Part shown: positions 58,768 to 64,000 of the stretch, piece after piece
How positions within the stretch are numbered: the stretch's first letter is position 1
Layout of the letters: each line of letters starts with the position of its first letter
Origin: an uncultured Alphaproteobacteria bacterium
GTDB taxonomy: Bacteria; Pseudomonadota; Alphaproteobacteria; HIMB59; GCA-002718135
Assembly: GCA_902524385.1 (NCBI GenBank)
Contig: CABZCZ010000002.1
Location: 112,541 to 176,540, forward strand
Reading direction: 5' to 3'
Length of the DNA stretch: 64,000 nucleotides
Translations under genes and position numbers: made by a program
Notes under the pieces: model-generated
What the model was told of the DNA's origin: nothing
The model's database searches: none
What the model saw: the letters and a program-made list of their open reading frames with translations, nothing else

Positions 58768-59630
58768 TAAAAAGTATGTAAAAGTAAAAATAACATAATT
58801 GCAAAAATATTATTTTGTCTGAAATAATAATTTGAACTTATCGGCGATGTTATATCCCATTTCTGAATTGCTATATACGTACAAATTGCGATAGTGGCTA
58901 TAATAATTGAACTAAGTAAAAAATTTGAGGAATTCCATACGAAATAAGACAATATAATTAAGATAATAAGATAGCATGTTTGAACAAATTTTTTACCATT
59001 TTTATCAAAATAAACCGCAGTAGATTTGATTTTATTTAAAACATCATCTGACCTATCTTGGTAGGCATAAATCGTATCGTATGCTAACGTCCATAAAATA
59101 CATACAAAATACAATATAAGAAAATCAAATGTAATTCGTGTATTAAATTGCATTGAAACTATTAGCACACCCCAACTAAAAATAATTCCAAGGAATAATT
59201 GTGGGAAGAAAGTTATTCTTTTCATAAAAGGATATAAAATAACAAATGGCACACTTAACAAACCTAATACAATTGATTTAAAATTAAACTCGAGAAGAAT
59301 GAAAAAACTAATTACCAATAACATTATTAATAATAATATCGCTTCAGTAATAGAAATCTTTTTTGATGCTAAAGGTCTAAATTTAGTACGTGTAACTTTT
59401 TGATCAAAATCAATATCAATAATGTCATTAATTATACAACCCGCACTTCTCATTAAAAAAGAACCAATTAAAAAAAGTATATACCAAAATAATAGTTTAG
59501 AAGTTTCTGTTTTTAGTAACGCTAAACCAAACCAGCACGGCCACATTAATAGAAGGAAGCCAATAGGTTTGTTAAGTCTGATTAACTCGCAGTAATCAAA
59601 TATTTTTTTTACAACTAAGTTATCCCACAT
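58767..59630 (-). CDS. ubiA: 4-hydroxybenzoate polyprenyltransferase
   Basis: KPIG..LL.WP, NDIID..D..V.RT..RP, YDTIYA.QD..DD. Confidence 0.95.
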   Translation of the reverse strand: MWDNLVVKKIFDYCELIRLNKPIGFLLLMWPCWFGLALLKTETSKLLFWYILFLIGSFLMRSAGCIINDIIDIDFDQKVTRTKFRPLASKKISITEAILLLIMLLVISFFILLEFNFKSIVLGLLSVPFVILYPFMKRITFFPQLFLGIIFSWGVLIVSMQFNTRITFDFLILYFVCILWTLAYDTIYAYQDRSDDVLNKIKSTAVYFDKNGKKFVQTCYLIILIILSYFVWNSSNFLLSSIIIATIAICTYIAIQKWDITSPISSNYYFRQNNIFAIMLFLLLHTF

Positions 59631-59665
59631 ATATGAATATAATGTTATAATTCTAAACTATTGTA

Positions 59666-60397
59666 ATGAAAATGTCTAAAACACGATTATTTGTATCAAA
59701 AAAATTATCAGCCAATATTTTAATTTATATAAAAAATAAGCAGCACCACTTTCTGAAAAATGTTCTTAGAATCAAAAAAGAAGATAACATAAATTTATTC
59801 GATGGTTTGACAGGTGAATGGCTATCTAAAGTAATTTCTATCAATAGAGATAACATTGTTTTACAAATACAAAACAAATTGAGAGATATTCCTCAAGAAT
59901 CTGATTTATGGCTAATATTTGCTCCAATCAAATCTTATAGAATGAATATCTCCATTCAAAAAGCTACCGAGCTTGGCATCTCTAGATTTATTCCAATTTT
60001 GACAGAATATACAAATCAATCAAAAATAAATTTTAAAAATTTTGAATTAAATATGATTGAAGCATCAGAACAATCTGAGCGATTGTCAATTCCGACTTTA
60101 GAAAAAACAATTAAACTAAATGATTTAGTTGACAATTTTCCATCTGATAGAGGGTTAGTATTTTGTGACGAAGGAAATGAAAATTTACCAACTATTTACA
60201 ATGCAATAATTAATGAAACAAAAAAATACAAAAAATGGTCTGTCATTATTGGACCTGAAGGTGGTTTTTCTGAAAAGGAACGAAGAACTATCTCTTCTTT
60301 GTCTTCATGTATATCCGTCTCTTTGGGAAAAAGAATTCTACGATCAGACACTGCAACTACAGCTGCAATTTTTTCTATTCAATCGGTTATTGAATAA
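59666..60397 (+). CDS. rsmE: 16S rRNA m3U1498 methyltransferase
   Basis: HH...VLR, QKATELG, EASEQS.R, IGPEGG, LG.RILR. Confidence 0.93.
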   Translation: MKMSKTRLFVSKKLSANILIYIKNKQHHFLKNVLRIKKEDNINLFDGLTGEWLSKVISINRDNIVLQIQNKLRDIPQESDLWLIFAPIKSYRMNISIQKATELGISRFIPILTEYTNQSKINFKNFELNMIEASEQSERLSIPTLEKTIKLNDLVDNFPSDRGLVFCDEGNENLPTIYNAIINETKKYKKWSVIIGPEGGFSEKERRTISSLSSCISVSLGKRILRSDTATTAAIFSIQSVIE

Positions 60398-60473
60398 ATC
60401 ATAATGAGCGACAACCTGTCCTAGAATTTTGCCTCTAAATCACTGGTTAATTTACTGAATAATATATTTATTA

Positions 60474-62904
<2,431 letters not shown>

Positions 62905-62909
62905 TTTAA

Positions 62910-63830
62910 GTGGATGCTAAATCCTTAGAAGCTGGTTATAGCAATAATTTTCTTTTAAGAAAATTGAAAGGCTATTACGAACTCATGAAACCAAGAGTTA
63001 TGTCCTTGGTTATCTTTACAGCTTTTGCTGGAATGTTTTTGGCACCAGGGCAGATAACATTTCTAAACAGTTTTTTAGTAATTGTTGCTATTGCACTTGG
63101 AGCGGGTTCTTCAGCAGCAATCAATATGTGGTTTGATGAAGACATTGATAAAACTATGGAAAGAACAAAACTAAGACCAATTCCACTTGGAATAGTTTCT
63201 AAAAATGAAGCCTTAGTTTTAGGGATATTAACAGGGACTATTTCTTTAATTTTGATGCAATGGTTCTCAAATTCATTGGCAACAAGTTTACTTCTTTTTA
63301 CAATTCTTTTTTATGTATTTATCTATACATTTTGGCTTAAACGAACGACTTCATTAAATATAGTTATTGGAGGAGCAGCAGGAGCAATTCCTCCAATTAT
63401 TGGATGGACAGCAGTTGTTCCTGAATTAAATTTCTTACCAATTAGTTTATTTGTAATTATATTTTTTTGGACGCCGCCTCATTTTTGGGCCCTATCTGTA
63501 TATAGATATAATGATTATAAAAATGCTAATGTGCCTATGTTACCAAATGTAAGCAGTATTGAAGATACAAAAAAACAGATTGTTTATTATGCTGTAATAT
63601 TAATTTTATCGAGTTATCTTCCATACTTAGATAGCAATGTTGGAATAATATACTTAACTATAGTTACTATATTAAATTTATTATTACTTAATAGTTCTTT
63701 GAAGTTAAAAAAATCTAGAGAAAAAAAATCAATTCCAAATTCTGAAGGGTTGAAATTTTTTGCTATTTCAATTCTTTATTTATTCAGTTTATTTTCAGCA
63801 TTGTTGATTGATCATGTGGTACTAAGATGA
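62910..63830 (+). CDS. ctaB: Protoheme IX farnesyltransferase (heme O synthase)
   Basis: KPRV, D.D..M.RT..RP, NIVIGG, WTPPHFWAL. Confidence 0.95.
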   Translation: MDAKSLEAGYSNNFLLRKLKGYYELMKPRVMSLVIFTAFAGMFLAPGQITFLNSFLVIVAIALGAGSSAAINMWFDEDIDKTMERTKLRPIPLGIVSKNEALVLGILTGTISLILMQWFSNSLATSLLLFTILFYVFIYTFWLKRTTSLNIVIGGAAGAIPPIIGWTAVVPELNFLPISLFVIIFFWTPPHFWALSVYRYNDYKNANVPMLPNVSSIEDTKKQIVYYAVILILSSYLPYLDSNVGIIYLTIVTILNLLLLNSSLKLKKSREKKSIPNSEGLKFFAISILYLFSLFSALLIDHVVLR

Positions 63831-63934
63831 AAAATAGAAGAAGAAAAAATATTATCACTTTAATTATTCTATTTTGTATTGTCGCATTCTTTTATTTGTG
63901 GACTCTATTTAAGGCTAATATTTTTGGAGTATAA
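63827..63934 (+). CDS. 35-aa single-TM protein in cox operon
   Basis: Not in the ORF track: MKNRRRKNIITLIILFCIVAFFYLWTLFKANIFGV; ATGA and TAATG overlaps with both neighbours. Confidence 0.65.
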   Translation: MKNRRRKNIITLIILFCIVAFFYLWTLFKANIFGV

Positions 63935-64000
63935 TGACAAATACTAGAACAGCTTTAGGATTATCATTAATTGTTTTAACAATGATAACTTTAGTTGCTT
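63934..64000 (+). CDS. ctaG: Probable CtaG/Cox11 copper chaperone, N-terminus only
   Basis: MTNTRTALGLSLIVLTMITLVA hydrophobic start at the conserved operon position; truncated at window edge. Confidence 0.55.
   Translation, partial: MTNTRTALGLSLIVLTMITLVA

Overview
AT-rich, tightly packed bacterial sequence. The gene order in the right third (ribF-ileS-lspA-DUF3035, rsmD-rluB, tadA-xseA, msbA-waaA-lpxK-lpxL, ubiA, rsmE, coxB-coxA-ctaB-ctaG) points to a streamlined alphaproteobacterium, plausibly marine and SAR11/HIMB59-like (inference). Bases 1-43.6 kb are a sugar and cyclitol catabolism region. It holds five sugar ABC systems, a non-phosphorylative L-fucose route (mutarotase, FucD, SDR, FAH hydrolase, LldD), an RhmD-like dehydratase, iolD and xylA, but no recognisable transcription factor, glycoside hydrolase or mobility gene. 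Several unexplained accessory enzymes sit among these: three MocD-like membrane di-iron oxygenases, a Rieske-fold ferredoxin with both His ligands replaced by Cys, a degenerate PanB paralog, a PhyH-type Fe/2OG dioxygenase, a cytoplasmic sulfatase, a MetE-like Zn enzyme in a mutarotase operon, and a MaoC / signal-less binding protein / CoA-transferase module. The main hypothesis is an undescribed system that strips O-methyl and sulfate groups from imported monosaccharides or cyclitols. No tRNA, rRNA, CRISPR or transposase was recognised. All calls rest on motif recognition by eye, not database searches.
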